DNA of 61,016 nt, the filler included, from Basidioascus undulatus (lineage: Eukaryota), in assembly GCA_000826855.1 (NCBI GenBank). It is 7 parts of 7 records of this genome, joined end to end, with 100 filler letters (N's around TTAATTAATTAA, not from the genome) between each part and the next. Parts side by side here need not be neighbours in the genome. Positions count along the whole stretch, not along the records: positions 1 to 26,403 come from JTLS01000189.1; 6 more parts are not named here. One strand, 5' to 3'. Numbering within the stretch: the stretch's first letter is position 1; every line of letters starts with the position of its first letter. Made by a program: the position numbers and the translations under genes. Positions 1 to 11,627 of the stretch are shown piece after piece. Below the pieces are notes generated by a model, which ran no database searches, was not told the DNA's origin, and worked only from the letters and a program-made list of their open reading frames with translations.

Positions 1-1825
1 GGGTGGCGTCAGAAGGGGAGGTACAGGGGGAGGACGGGAGAGGGATGAGGGGAGCGAAGGAGGGAGGGAAGACGGAGGGAGAGGAGGAAGGGGAAAAGAA
101 GGCGGAGGGGAAGAAGAGGGCGAGGGGCGATGGGGAGGTGAAGGCGGCTGATGCGGAGGAGGAAGGGGGGCTGAGGAGGTCGAGGAGGAAGAGGAAGACT
201 GGGTGAGGCTGAGTCTACGGGACAATGATGCGCTGCTTCTTGGGGCCGGGGGGAGGAATTTTGGGTGACTGTGCTGTGGCTGGGTGGGTGGACGCTGGAC
301 GTTTTTTTTGCTGCTGGTGTATTTTTTGGGCTACAGTACGCTTTTCCGTGCGGCTCCTTCGGCTGGGCGGCATGGGCTTGTACACTCCGTCTGAATCGAA
401 CAAAGTGTCGGGGAGGCATTCCGTTGTTCGCTGCGAGGCACTGGATGAGCAAGTAACCACCAGTGCGGCAGCCTAGAGGAGGTGGGCGTCTCCGTCTTGA
501 ACTGATATGGAGATTGCAACGCTCGCAGTGTTTCTGGATAGCTTGCAGCTGGGCCAGTTAGCTGGATAACGTCTTGGTGCTGGGGCGCTGGGGCTTCGCG
601 GCCTCCATGCAAAAGCTGGTGTTGCACGACACACGACATGCGTCTTGTTCCGGCTGTTGCGAAGATGGGCTTATTCCTTCCTTTGCGTTCGGAGGGATCT
701 TTCAATCAGCAACACGGCAGCCTGAGCCCTGAAGCAAATTTGCAGGACAAGTCTTGCCGACTGCGGGCCGGAAGGTAGCACATGGACCTGCCAGACTCTT
801 TTCTGGCATTTCAGAACCTTTGAGGGAGATTTAATTACCTTTTCCCGTGGTACATATGTTACGGAATGGGACGGGGGATTCGTAGAGGCTGGCAGCCGCA
901 GGCTGCGTGCTGCTGGCTGCACACTGCCGCGAATGGGTCAGAAGTGTCCAGCTAACACAAGAATACCAGGCACCCGAGTTCCGTTTTTGATGGTTTTCTG
1001 AAAGTTCTATAGAGCGCTGGGGGGACTCGCAATTTCTTATGCCACTTCAGTTCTCGTAGTGAGACGAGCTCTTGAACTGAAGTAGTCCGTTGCATCCGAC
1101 ATGTTTGGTCCCCTTACGCGTCCGATCAGAGATCCCTTGGGCCCTAGCCTTCCCCTCGACCTTCGGCTCAGGCAGTTAGTAGTACCGCCTTTGCCTGCAC
1201 GTCTGCGAAACTGCGAAAGTCGAGTTTCAAAGCCTGCTTGGCGTGCGAGCGGACTATTCGTAGCATCATCGTCTACTCGGCGGCCATACATGAACAAGGC
1301 CCATGCGCTGTGTTCAGAGTTTTCTTGACTCCCGACAAAACTCAATAGCGGTAACAGAACGTCCGACTACCACTGGACTCGAAGTGCGAGAGGGACGGGC
1401 AAGTTTCTTGGGAGCCACACCGGTATAGCGTATGAATGGAATGCAAACATCAGTGTCAACTATTGGCATTTGGATCCGAAGAAATTGAAAAGAAGTGCTA
1501 AGCGAGGCAGCCGAACTGCCATGGAAGGCAGGGAGGGATGAGGGAGGTGCGCGAGCGGCGCACTGGTCATGGGGTCAAGGTGCGGACACCTCGTCCACGA
1601 CGGGCCATATGCCATCCACATGCTCTTCGACGCAGGAAGCTTGGGTTCTTTGGTTATTTTGAAGGCACTGGAGGAGGAAGGTTGTTCCCTTCAGGTCTGT
1701 GTCTGTCAGGCGCAACTTTCGCAGCATGCCGCGTGAGCTGCACAGACTGGCTGTGAGTGCTCCGCCTGCAATGTTTCGAGCTCAGGGACGAGAAGCCAAT
1801 GAAGTATACCAATGTATGTTTTCGG

Positions 1826-3360
1826 ATTTTCACGTTCTTCGAGGCGTACTGCGGTGCGGGTGGAACAGCTCGAGGCAAGTACGCAGATACTGTGCCCAAG
1901 TGCTACCAGAAGTTGATCTTTCCTAACAGTCTACAAGATGGCGGGCTTCGACATCATCGGCGACGTGGATTCCGATCACGCCGCTGTCGATGCCTTCGAG
2001 GCGAGTGAAGTCTCTGTTGAACACGCGCGAGCCTCGTGCTGACAAGGCCATCGGAGTCTGCAGAAAAATTTCTCGGACGTGCAGACGCACGCCTGCAAGG
2101 TCAAGGACTTCGTCACCGCGCTGAAGACCGGCGAGCAAGTCGCGGACGGTTCCGTTGACGTTCTCTCGGTCTCGACGCCATATCAGGGATTTTCAAAGGT
2201 CAACACCACGGTTCGTGAATCCGCCGATTGAATCCGCCGATCCTTAGGGGATGTAGTACCGATTTGCTAGGCATTTACAGGGAAAGGAGGAGAACAAGAC
2301 GGCGAAGAGTGAGCAGATTGAATCATCCGCCTTCGTGCTTTGACTTACGCTTCTGCTGGCTGTGGTGAAGGAACGAGATCCTCCGAGTCGGCGAGCTGCT
2401 TGAGACCCTCCATCCGACGGTTCTCTTCTTCGAAACCGTGTGTGCTGTGATGGCTTTCCGGCTGACCGTTTTCGCCGCCATCAGGACCCCAAAGCTCAGC
2501 GCCTACATATGAGTTGAAGAAATGTCCTTCGGCACGCAGCTCGAGTTGAGCCTTGTGAATCTCTTCAGGGAGAGGTTGCTGCGTCTGATCCTCGAGATGG
2601 GCTACTCCGTCGCCTTCACCTCGTGCGTATCTACCTGTACTCGCTTCTCAGAATTCTCCGATAGCTGAAATGTCTGCGCACGGCGTGAGGACCTGTCAGC
2701 AAGCTTCACGAAGCGCAGCAGTGGGTCGAAGAGGCCGCGCGACAATCACTCACTTGACCTGCTTGTACTGCTTCACCGGCGTCCCAGCGAACTTATGCTC
2801 GTCCGGGAAGCCTTGCATGCGGGTCAGTTTCCCGGACGGTAAGTTTGTCGCCTCAACCTTTCGCTTGAATGTCAGCGGCCGTCACTGGTGGAACGAGCGG
2901 CCGTCGGAAAGAGTCACGACGCAGAGGGACTGCCCCTTCCACCAGTTCTTCCACCTCGTCACGGTGTAGTCGCCGATGTTGCGGTTGACGCGACGCGGGT
3001 TCTTCGGGTCTGCGAGGCGCTCGGCGTACTCGGACCGCGCTGGAGCATCCTCTGGGATGAGGGCGTTGCCCGAACGGTTCTCTCGTCCCGCGGACGCGGC
3101 CCATGCAAGTCCCTGATCGCGTGGCCGACGGTGGTACGCTTCTCCTTGGACGGCTTGGCGAAGGCCGGCAGTGGAGATCCGGGGCGCGAGGCGATGAGAA
3201 AGAGCGGCTTCCGGTTTTGCGGGATCTGGTAATCAGCCGCATCGAGGCTGAGAGATTCTTGCCTGAATTTCCCATCTTTCACATTCTGATCCACTTCCCG
3301 CTTGCAGGTACCACCTCTTCTGGCCCAACAACTGGCGGGCCCGATCAAGGCCAGGCCATC
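1826..3360 (+). pseudogene. DNA (cytosine-5)-methyltransferase (DNMT1/Masc-like catalytic domain), internally inverted and degenerate
   Basis: Plus-strand exons give motif I FFEAYCGAGG (~1835-1865), MAGFDIIGDVDSD, motif IV VDVLSVSTPYQGFSKVN (PC replaced by PY, TAT at 2181-2183), motif VI VLFFETV (ETV at 2432-2440), motif VII LILEMGYSV (~2586-2611) and the end of motif X VPPLLAQQLAGPI (from 3308). Motifs VIII to X are on the minus strand between them. The 5' end was not resolved. Confidence 0.85.
2652..3269 (-). other. Inverted internal segment of the C5-methyltransferase gene (motif VIII, TRD, motif IX, start of motif X)
   Basis: The minus strand reads LDAADYQIPQNRKPLFLIASRPGSPLP...TTVGHAIRDL from 3247 downward, and LTVRE/(+1)/LTRMQGFPDEHKFAGTPVKQYKQV at 2843-2755. 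It is bounded by AATTC (2652-2656) and GAATT (3265-3269). Breakpoint positions are inferred. Confidence 0.8.
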
Positions 3361-4312
3361 CTCCTCTCTCTGCAAGCACGCTCGAATCCGCCGCTCGCGG
3401 CAAACACTGCCTCCCCTTCTTCGTCTTCCTCCACCGCACCCGGCCCCTGCCCGCCCTCTTCCGACTCTTCGGCGCCCCCCTCTCCGAGCCTTCCTCCCAA
3501 GATGCAGCTCCCGAGACCGGATACCCTCTCCCGCCCGACCAAACGCTCGGTGCCCTCTCGCCTCGAGTCCCTTTCGAAACGAACTGCTTTGGCACCGTCT
3601 ACTGGCGCGCCCTCCGAGCCGCGGCACGCGCCACATCGAACGCCTGCGCGGAAGGCGCCCGCGGCGAACGAAACGTTTCCTTCGAAACCGTCGAACAACC
3701 GCCTCCAGCCGCCCCGCGTGCACGAACGGGTCACGCCGACGACGACGGTGTACCACCGCGCCCAGTGAATGCGACACCGGAGAAGACCTTGACGGAGCTG
3801 TGGAGACGAAGGTGAAGACGCCTGGATGGAGAGAGCAGCAGGCGAAGCGGGAAGAGCAGAAGTCCGCAAAAGGCGCGGTGAAGTGAGGAGGGAAGGACTC
3901 GCCGTTCTTTCTTTTCGTGTTTCTTATTATTCGCTGTTGTGTTTCTTGTTTCTTAGGGCGCATCATACCCGAATCTCGCATTGACTCTGATCGGTTGCGC
4001 CTGTCCCGTGAAAGCTCTGACGCAGCCAGCACACAGCGTAAAGCACAATCTGTCCTTTCCTTTGAAATAACTTTAATCTGGGTTTCAGGCAGTCTCGTAG
4101 TCTCGTCACGGAGCTGAGGTAGAAGGACGATGCCAACCGATGCTGTTAGTCCTCTTTTGCGGCAAGATTCCGCTGGATTGTTAAGGTGCGACACTGCCGG
4201 AGTGTCCGGGCCGGGCAATGACCCAATCTGGCAGCTCCGCATGGTCGAGCATCTTCTCCCACCCCTCTTCTCCTCGCAGCACCGAAACATATCCATCACC
4301 TAGCAGCACAAG

Positions 4313-5745
4313 ATGTCTTCCCCGCTCGCCGAGTCGCTCAAGGTCGAGAAGCTGTACGATGTCAAGGACTGGGTCACCGTCGGTGCGTCTCTGCCAGATC
4401 CTTATCCTTATCGCCCCAGCCCCGCCGCCGCTCACAAACTGCTCCCCCTCCTCGCCGCGTACAGTGACCGGTGGTGGAACGGGTCTGGGCATCGTCACTG
4501 CCTCGGCGCTGGCTGCCAACGGCGCGGTTGTCTGTGAGTCTGCGGACGTGAGCGCGGCTCTGCGGCGCGTGGCTGATGCTCGGGTGCGCGACGGCAGACA
4601 TCACTGGACGACGCCTGGAGGTACTGGAGAAGGCTGCGAAGGAGCACAGTCCCGAGGGGCGGATCATACCTGTCCAGGGAAACGTGACGTCCAAGGAGGA
4701 CATCAAGAGTGCGTTTCTCCTTTCCCGACTTCCCCTTCCCTCTTCCGCACCCACGCCAGGAGCCCACCACCGACAGAGCTTGTCGCGGAAATTTCGTCCA
4801 AGCACAAGCATGTAAACCTTCTCATTAACAACTCGGGCGTCTCCCTGCCGCACCCGGACCATAACAAGGTCGACCAGACGCCCGAGGTCATCGCGAAGCA
4901 CCTGTTTGAGGATGAGTCGTTCGAGAACTGGCGGACGGCGTACGAGATCAACACTGCGAGGTGCCTTTCGTTCTCTCTTATTGCCAGGAAATATTGCGGA
5001 CTGAACTTATGGTTGGGACGGGGAGCTACTACTTCGTCACCGCGGCGTTCATCCCCCTTCTTGTGGCTGCAAAGTCCTCCCGCACCGGCACGCCCGGAAA
5101 TGTCATCAACATCAGCTCCATGAGCGGTATCACCAAGAGCTCGCAGAAGGGCCAGTTCTCGTACAATGCCTCCAAGTGCGTCGTCTTCTTTCCCTGCCGC
5201 TGCCAGCCTCCTCCTTTTTCCTTCACCCCGACTCCCTCCTTTGGGCCCACGCTGATAATATGTCTCTTCTCCTCTCGCCGAATGGACAGAGCAGCAACCA
5301 TTTCGCTAACTGAACAGCTCGCGTACGAGTTCAAGCGCCCGGAGCTCAACATCCGCGTCAACACCCTTGCGCCGGGCTACTTCCCCTCTCGTGCGTCCGC
5401 GTCCGCGTCCGCGTCCACGTTCACCTCCCTCTATTTCCGACCTCTTCCACCATCCTCTTCCTTTGGCTGAGCTTCGGATTTGGTTCGAAACAGAGATGAC
5501 CCCCATCAGCCCGAACGATGGCGAGGCCGCGCACTTCCGCGAGAAGTGGGGAATCCCCTGCGGTTCGTCTGCCCACCCTGCCATCCCTAATTCCTCCGCT
5601 TCCAGTGCTCATATTGGCCCGTCCTGTCACCCAGGCCGCCCTGGCTCCCCTGAGGACTACGCCCAGCTTCTGCTCTCCGTCGCAGTGAACGGGTACGTGA
5701 ACGGCGCGACGTTCTTGATTGACGGGGGGTGGCTGTTGGCTACTC
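4313..5745 (+). CDS. Classical short-chain dehydrogenase/reductase (multi-exon; terminal exon unresolved)
   Basis: Spliced translation has VTGGGTGLG (Rossmann motif), LLINNSG, NISSMSG, YNASK (YxxxK), NTLAPGYFPS and IDGGWLL, with GT..AG introns between the pieces. Confidence 0.92.
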
Positions 5746-6095
5746 GTGAGTCTTTCTTTGTGCGCTGTATGTTAATGGAAAGGGCAGGCACTGAACGTGG
5801 GGGCGGGTGGAGGTAGCTTGAGGGTCAGATGTGCAGAGCGGGAGATGGCGTGGGTGACAGGGGCGGGGAGGAGAAAATAAAGATGGAACGGATGGCAAGG
5901 AAGGGAGGAATGAAACGGAAAGAAAGGCGGAGGATAGATTTGTGTGCGTGCATCGACTACCGGGGTAGAAGTCTTCAGCCTCGCGCAGTGTGCCTTCGGG
6001 CCGCCATCTACCGGCTGTCGCTCATCCAGGCCGGTAGGGCACTGGTTTCCACTCGCTCTCAATGCAGCGGGCATGCAAAGCGTTGCGTTGCGACC

Positions 6096-9000
6096 TCAAA
6101 TTGCATATTTGAGGTTTGGCAGCAGCGCCGATCGAGCGCTCTCAAGACCAGACGCAATCCCTGCCAGCCGCCTGAACATCCCCATGTCCACCTACGCGCA
6201 CAGGCGGTTATCAGCGAACGTCCGCGAACGCGAGGATGGCACACGGAGCGAGACGCACCACAGACTTGAGAACGAGGTAGATATGGTTGGAACTGTTCGG
6301 ATCGTCGGGCTCGCACGACGCGCAGAGGTCGTAGCTGAGCGAAGCGAAAGTGAATGTAAGCGTGAGGCCGCGGTGCAAAGATAAGGATAAGTGAGATGCA
6401 CCTGCCAGCCAGGTTGACGCAGCGATGCCATGCGCCGATGACGGGCCGCATGCAGCGGTCGCAGACGACGCTCGGATGCGCGATATGCACGAGGTAGTCT
6501 ACCATCGAACGAGCTGTCAGCTCTCGCACGCGCATTTAGAGGCAGGCAAACGAAAAGCACGCACCGTTTGGACCTGTGTGCCCGCGGTCTTCTGCGGCGC
6601 CATCTCTTTGCCCATTCGTCCACGAGTTCGGAGGCGGGATCTCCCCTGCTGGCAGCCGATAAAGCTCCGGCAGCGCGGGCTTGCGGAGTGCCAAAGGCGA
6701 GGCGAGCAGGTAGTCGAACTTGAGGAAGGCGTGCAGGGGGTCGTGCAGGATGTAAGACAGGGGTTCACAGTCGGCGCACTGCCGTGATACATGAATCGTC
6801 GGCGCACTGTACGAACGTGGACAGTAAAGCGATATGTGAAACGAACCAAATCATACGCCTCCGGAAACGTCGGACAGTTCGCGCAGCAGTACCGTGTTCC
6901 AACGATGCGCGTCCCGCACCCTCGGCACTGGACCCCATGATCTCGGCGTCTGCGCCGCGGCCGACCTGATCCAGCGGCCCCGTCGGCGCCGTTTCTGGGC
7001 GCGATCGGGCGCGTAAGGATCTCAGGCGGCCCGGGAGGGGGCGCGAGGGTGGGGATGGGCGGCGCGCTTGAGCCGGCGGAGGACATCGGGTAGGGTGAGG
7101 AGAAGTGCCCGTTGTGCTCGTGGTGACACGGGAGGATGGCCGGCGCGTCGTGGTGCGTCCAGAGCTCCAGGGCGCGGGCGGAGGCGCTGTAAGGGGTGTT
7201 TCAATCAGCGTCAGGTTGAAGGCGAGGGCAAGACTGACAAACGGTGGACATACTTCTTAAGCTCGACGGAACTGAGAGGGACAGGGATCTGTTCCAAGCC
7301 CACGAAGTGTAAGCACCAATGCCACCAGGAACAAAGGCCTCGCACATCCCACCTTCATCATGATATGCGTCGGATCGTGGTCGTTCGCACTCGCTGCGCC
7401 AGCAGCCTCGCACGCCTCACAAAGGTCGTACGACGCGCAGACTGCGCAGTGGAAGCGCGGGCCGACAATGTCCTGCATGCAGCTGAGCGCTCCCAAAACT
7501 GTCAGTTTCCGCACGCCCGCCCCAAGATGGCCTGAAGGCGCGCTCGTACTTGTGGCAGAACACGCCTGGATGCTTCGCAGCTACGGACATCATACAAATC
7601 AGTTGAAGACTTCAGCGAAGAAGTAATTCGTCGACGCACGTCGTGGAGGAACCGGCGGCGGGCGTTCGCCCGTCCCTCTTCGCAGCGGGCGAGCGGGCCG
7701 TCGTCGAGGTGCGGGCGGCGGAGGCAGCCGTGGGATGGACGAAGAGGACGAGGAGGACGAAGAAGGAGAGCGGCGCGGGAGGGAGAGGAACGCGTGCACG
7801 GGGTGAATGTCCCGCACGCGGTCGTAGCAGCCGTTACAGAGGCTAAAGCGGGGGCAGGAGACACCTGGTGGGGAAAAGCATGAGCCGAGTGCGGAGTAGG
7901 ACTGTGAGTGCGCAGAAACGCACATTTGAATGCGTTTGAAGCGAGCGAGCAGGAGCAGATTGTGCAGTGCGTTTCGTCGTCGTACTCTGCGCGCCGCCAA
8001 CAGCGAGAAATCAGCCAAACTGGACAACAGAACGCAAAGACGTCGCGAGGGATCGACATACGAACTTCGGCCCACCCCGCTTCGCCCCAGACGCACTCGC
8101 GAAATGAATGCCGGTTGCCCATGCGCGACGTCGCGTCGCCGCTCTCGGCGGCGTGGACGACGCCGACGCTCTCGACGCAGGACGCGCAGAGCTCGTAGCC
8201 CAGTCCGCCGGGTCGGAGCGGCCCGCAGTGCGTGCAGATGTATCTGAGGGAACGCGGCGAGTGAGTAGGTCATGGGATGGAGGAGGATGGGAAGCGAAAG
8301 AGGACGGACCGCATGTTGTCCAGCGGGGTGGAGCAGGAGGAGCAGTGCGTGAGGGTGCAGGCGGGGGGTGGGCCGGAGGGGATGGGGTAGGGGAGTAGGT
8401 CGGACGAGTGGAACGAGCCGCTGCTGGCCGATCTGGAGGAGTAGGGTGTGGACTCGGACCACCGAGACTGGAGGGTCAGACTTCCGCTGCTGGCGGCTGC
8501 GGCCGCCTGCTCTCCGAACACGCTCCCCTCGTCCCACTCGCTCTCCCCGTCCGCCTCGCTCGACCCCGTAACAGTGTACCGGTAGCTCCCGCGACTGTCC
8601 TGCTCGAGCTCGAGCTCGAGCTCGCTGCTGAACTCCGACGACGTGTCCGTCTCGCTCGGCGCGAGCTGCGTCCCGAACGTCATGAGCAGCGCGCGCTCGT
8701 TCTGCTCTGCGAACCAGCGCGCCGCAAGCTCGCCCCGTCCCGGACCCGACTCGTTAGGCACGAGGCGGAGGTGCTGCATTAGGGAGGTGGGCGGTTGGGG
8801 TTCAGGTTGGTGTGGGTCGGCGAAGGGCGATTCGGGGGGGGCTTGGTCGGAGAGGGGTGAGCGCACGGTCGGGGAGCGGTTGGTCGAGGTTGATGAGGGG
8901 GAGAGGGAGGGAGTAGAGTCGGTGGGGCGGAGAGGGGGCGTATAGGATGAGGCGTTGGAGGGGGGGTATGTCCGCGCTGGGCCCTGCCGATGCGTCTCGG

Positions 9001-9998
9001 CGAGGGACAGCGTGTCCCAGTCGTCATCCTCGGGCTGGCGCGTCGTCGTAGCGTCCTCGGACGAGGGGGGTGACTCGGAGAGCGGCGGGCTCGGTATGGC
9101 GCTGGCGAGGGAGGGGACAGAGTCGGACGGTCGAATTTGGGGCTCGCGGAAGTACGCCTGCGCATGCTGCGGCTGGCGCGGGGGCGGGTTGAACGAAGGA
9201 AAGGACCCCGTGCTATCCGTATCTGAGAGATGGATGGAATCCGCGTCCCCGATATAGCGCGGCTTCGGTCGATGGTGACTCGTCGAAGACGAAGATGCGG
9301 CGGAGCAAGAGAGGCTGATGGAGCGCTCGCTGCACGCCCCGCCGCTGTCGCTGGTCGAGCCCCACGCCGAGCTGCCCCGGGTGCTTCCCGCGTCCGAGAG
9401 GGACGGCCCGTCGTACTCGACCAGGACGTTCACGCGCATGGTGATCCGGTCGGAGGCGGACGCGGGGGACGGGTCGTCCGCTTCGTCTAGCGACGAGCCG
9501 GATGAGAAGTACGCGACCGCTTCGTCCAGGTCGGCATCGCAGGCTATGTCCGTGTCATCCCCGTCGTCGTCGGTGTAGTAGACGCGGAAGGAGGAGGCCG
9601 AGAGGGAGAACGCTTGCTCGACCTGCGTGGGGAGGAGTTGGATGAGACGCAGGCTTGAGCAAGTGCGCCCGTTTTTGTATCCTTTCCCTGCCCTTATTTC
9701 ACAATACCCTCAACTCCAGAGCAGGTCCGCATCTCATCCTTCTGACCCAGTCCCTCTCTTAGATGACCATCCCAGCCCTGCCCCTTTCTCCCACGCCTCG
9801 CCTAGCACGCCCATCATCTAACCCAAAACTCACCCTGCTCTGAAATAGATCCCACTCAACCGTCCGCGCATTCGCAAAAGTGATCCTGCGCATGCGCCCC
9901 TGCGCAAAGGTGCACTTTACGACGAGTACGCAGTCGGGTCGGCCGCTGTTGGGGCTCGACGCGCCCGAAGATGAGGAGGAGCCTCCCCAGGCGGACAT
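6096..9998 (-). CDS. PB1 domain plus five ZZ-type zinc fingers (p62/NBR1-like architecture)
   Basis: N-terminal VVKCTF...RRITF...FRVYYTDDDGD (PB1 with OPCA acidic motif), then a long Ser/Pro-rich linker. Repeated ZZ patterns follow, e.g. CMQDIVGPRFHCAVCASYDLCEAC, CRGCGTRIVGTRYCCANC and CDRCMRPVIGAWHRCVN. Stop after LLPNLKYAI. Confidence 0.85.
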
Positions 9999-10367
9999 AA
10001 CGGGAGGCTCGGCGCGATCGAGGGGTGGTCAGTATCGAGAGGTGTGAGAGCGTGGTGAGTAGCTGATCGATGATGAGGATGGTGGTGCAAGGCAAGTCCT
10101 CCAGGAAGGCAGCTTGAGGCAGCGACTTGCGTTGGCTGTGGGTTTCTGTCCGAGGATGTACCGAGGTCAAGCTGGCGATCGCACGTGAGAGCACCGCAGA
10201 ACGATGGCCCTTCGATGCGTTTCCCGCTGCCTCACCTCCTTCGCTCCACTCCGCCATCATCCAACGACCTTTCCCGACCCTCACTTGCTGAAATATCCCA
10301 ATCTCATATAATAATCCTCAAAAGTAGCTGTTCACCCAGCGATCACAGCCGACCTGCCCCAACCAAA

Positions 10368-11627
10368 ATGCCGAGCTCGTTCGACACCCAGACGCCCTTC
10401 GAAATCCTCGGCGTGCCACGCAACGCGTCCGCAGCCGACGGTCAGCCGCCATCCTCCGAAATCTCATTGCAACAACTATTGACTCTTATGCGCCACAACA
10501 GTCCGTCGTGCATACCTGAACCTCGCACGACGACAGTAAGCCTGAATCTCCCCCAAGCCTCTAACTCCACTTCGACACCCTCCTCTGACCCTCATCCCCT
10601 TCGACAGTCACCCCGACAAGTGCCCGCCCGCAGAGCGGCCCGCGGCCGAAGTACGCTTCAGAGCAATTGGGGAGGCGTACGAGGTCCTGTCCGACCCGAC
10701 GCGCCGCGCGCAATGGGAGGCTCAGGAACGGCGTGGCGTGGCGTCCGCGGGCCGGACGGGCGACTGGGGGCAGCGCACCGCGTTCCATGATCCGTTTGAC
10801 TTGTTTGAGGCCCTATTGGCTCAGGTGCGCTTCTCTCGATGTGTAGTTGAGGGGTGGCAATGGTCTGAATAGGGTCATGCGGCACGAGCAGAGGCAAGCC
10901 GACATGCTATCCTTCCACCGCCCCGCACCCTCCCCCTTCGCCTCCTCTTCTTTCTCCCGCACCAGCGCCACTCGCGGAGATACCTTAGGCGATCCCTTCT
11001 TCCACGACCTGTTCGACGACCCCTTCTTCCGAAACGATCCCTTCGACTCCTTCTTCGGGCGTCCTCCGTCCGCCGCTGCGCCTGCCCGCCGCTCGCCGTT
11101 CGGCATGTTCGGCGGGATGCTGGACGGCATGCGCGCAATGCACCAGGGCGCGATGGCGTTGCCGCAGGGCTCGACGGGGAGCAGCTGGTCGTTCAGCTCT
11201 GTGAACGGCGTGAGGGAGAGCAAGCAGACGACTTGGAATCGCGATGTGCGTAGCTGCTTTCACCTCTCGCGGGACCTCGCTGCGCAAGGCTGATATGGTA
11301 ACGGTGGTGGTGCAGGGATCTTCTATCACCCGCCGTACGGACTCGTCCGGACGCGTAACCGAGACGCACAAGGACCCAGCAGGGCGCGTCATCCAGACGC
11401 TCATCGACGGCCAGCCCTCCCACGCAGCCCTCGAGGATGCGCCACGCAGCAATTCCAGCCGCATTCGGCACGCGCCGCTCGTGTACGAGGCAGCGCCCGC
11501 CGAGCCAGCCTACTACGAAGCGCCCTCCTCACGGCGCCGGCAGGAGAGGGGGTATGCGGCACCGCACGAGCCAGAGTGGGACCACCCGGGACTGGAGAGG
11601 ATGTCGCAGCGGCAGTGGGGCGGTTAG
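10368..11627 (+). CDS. J-domain (DnaJ/Hsp40) co-chaperone with G/F-rich region
   Basis: PFEILGV...VRRAYLNLA...HPDK (~10609)...FRAIGEAYEVLSDP, followed by repeated DPF/DLF motifs and a Ser/Thr-rich C-terminal part; several introns. Confidence 0.9.

Noticed and set aside
1875..2006. Two consecutive GC-AG intron donors (gcaagt, gcgagt) in the methyltransferase
   Set aside because: GC-AG introns are known in fungi, and the first junction is ambiguous in a degenerate gene.
2664..2690. Plus-strand EMSAHGV as motif VIII, implying two separate convergent methyltransferase genes
   Set aside because: The minus-strand LDAADYQIPQNR is a better motif VIII, the plus and minus motif sets are complementary rather than duplicated, and motif X resumes on plus at 3308. 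A single inversion is simpler, although the left breakpoint could shift by tens of bases.
2959..4299. 446-aa minus-strand ORF as a stand-alone gene
   Set aside because: Only its last ~95 codons are meaningful (the inverted methyltransferase exon); the rest is stop-poor antisense of GC-rich DNA.
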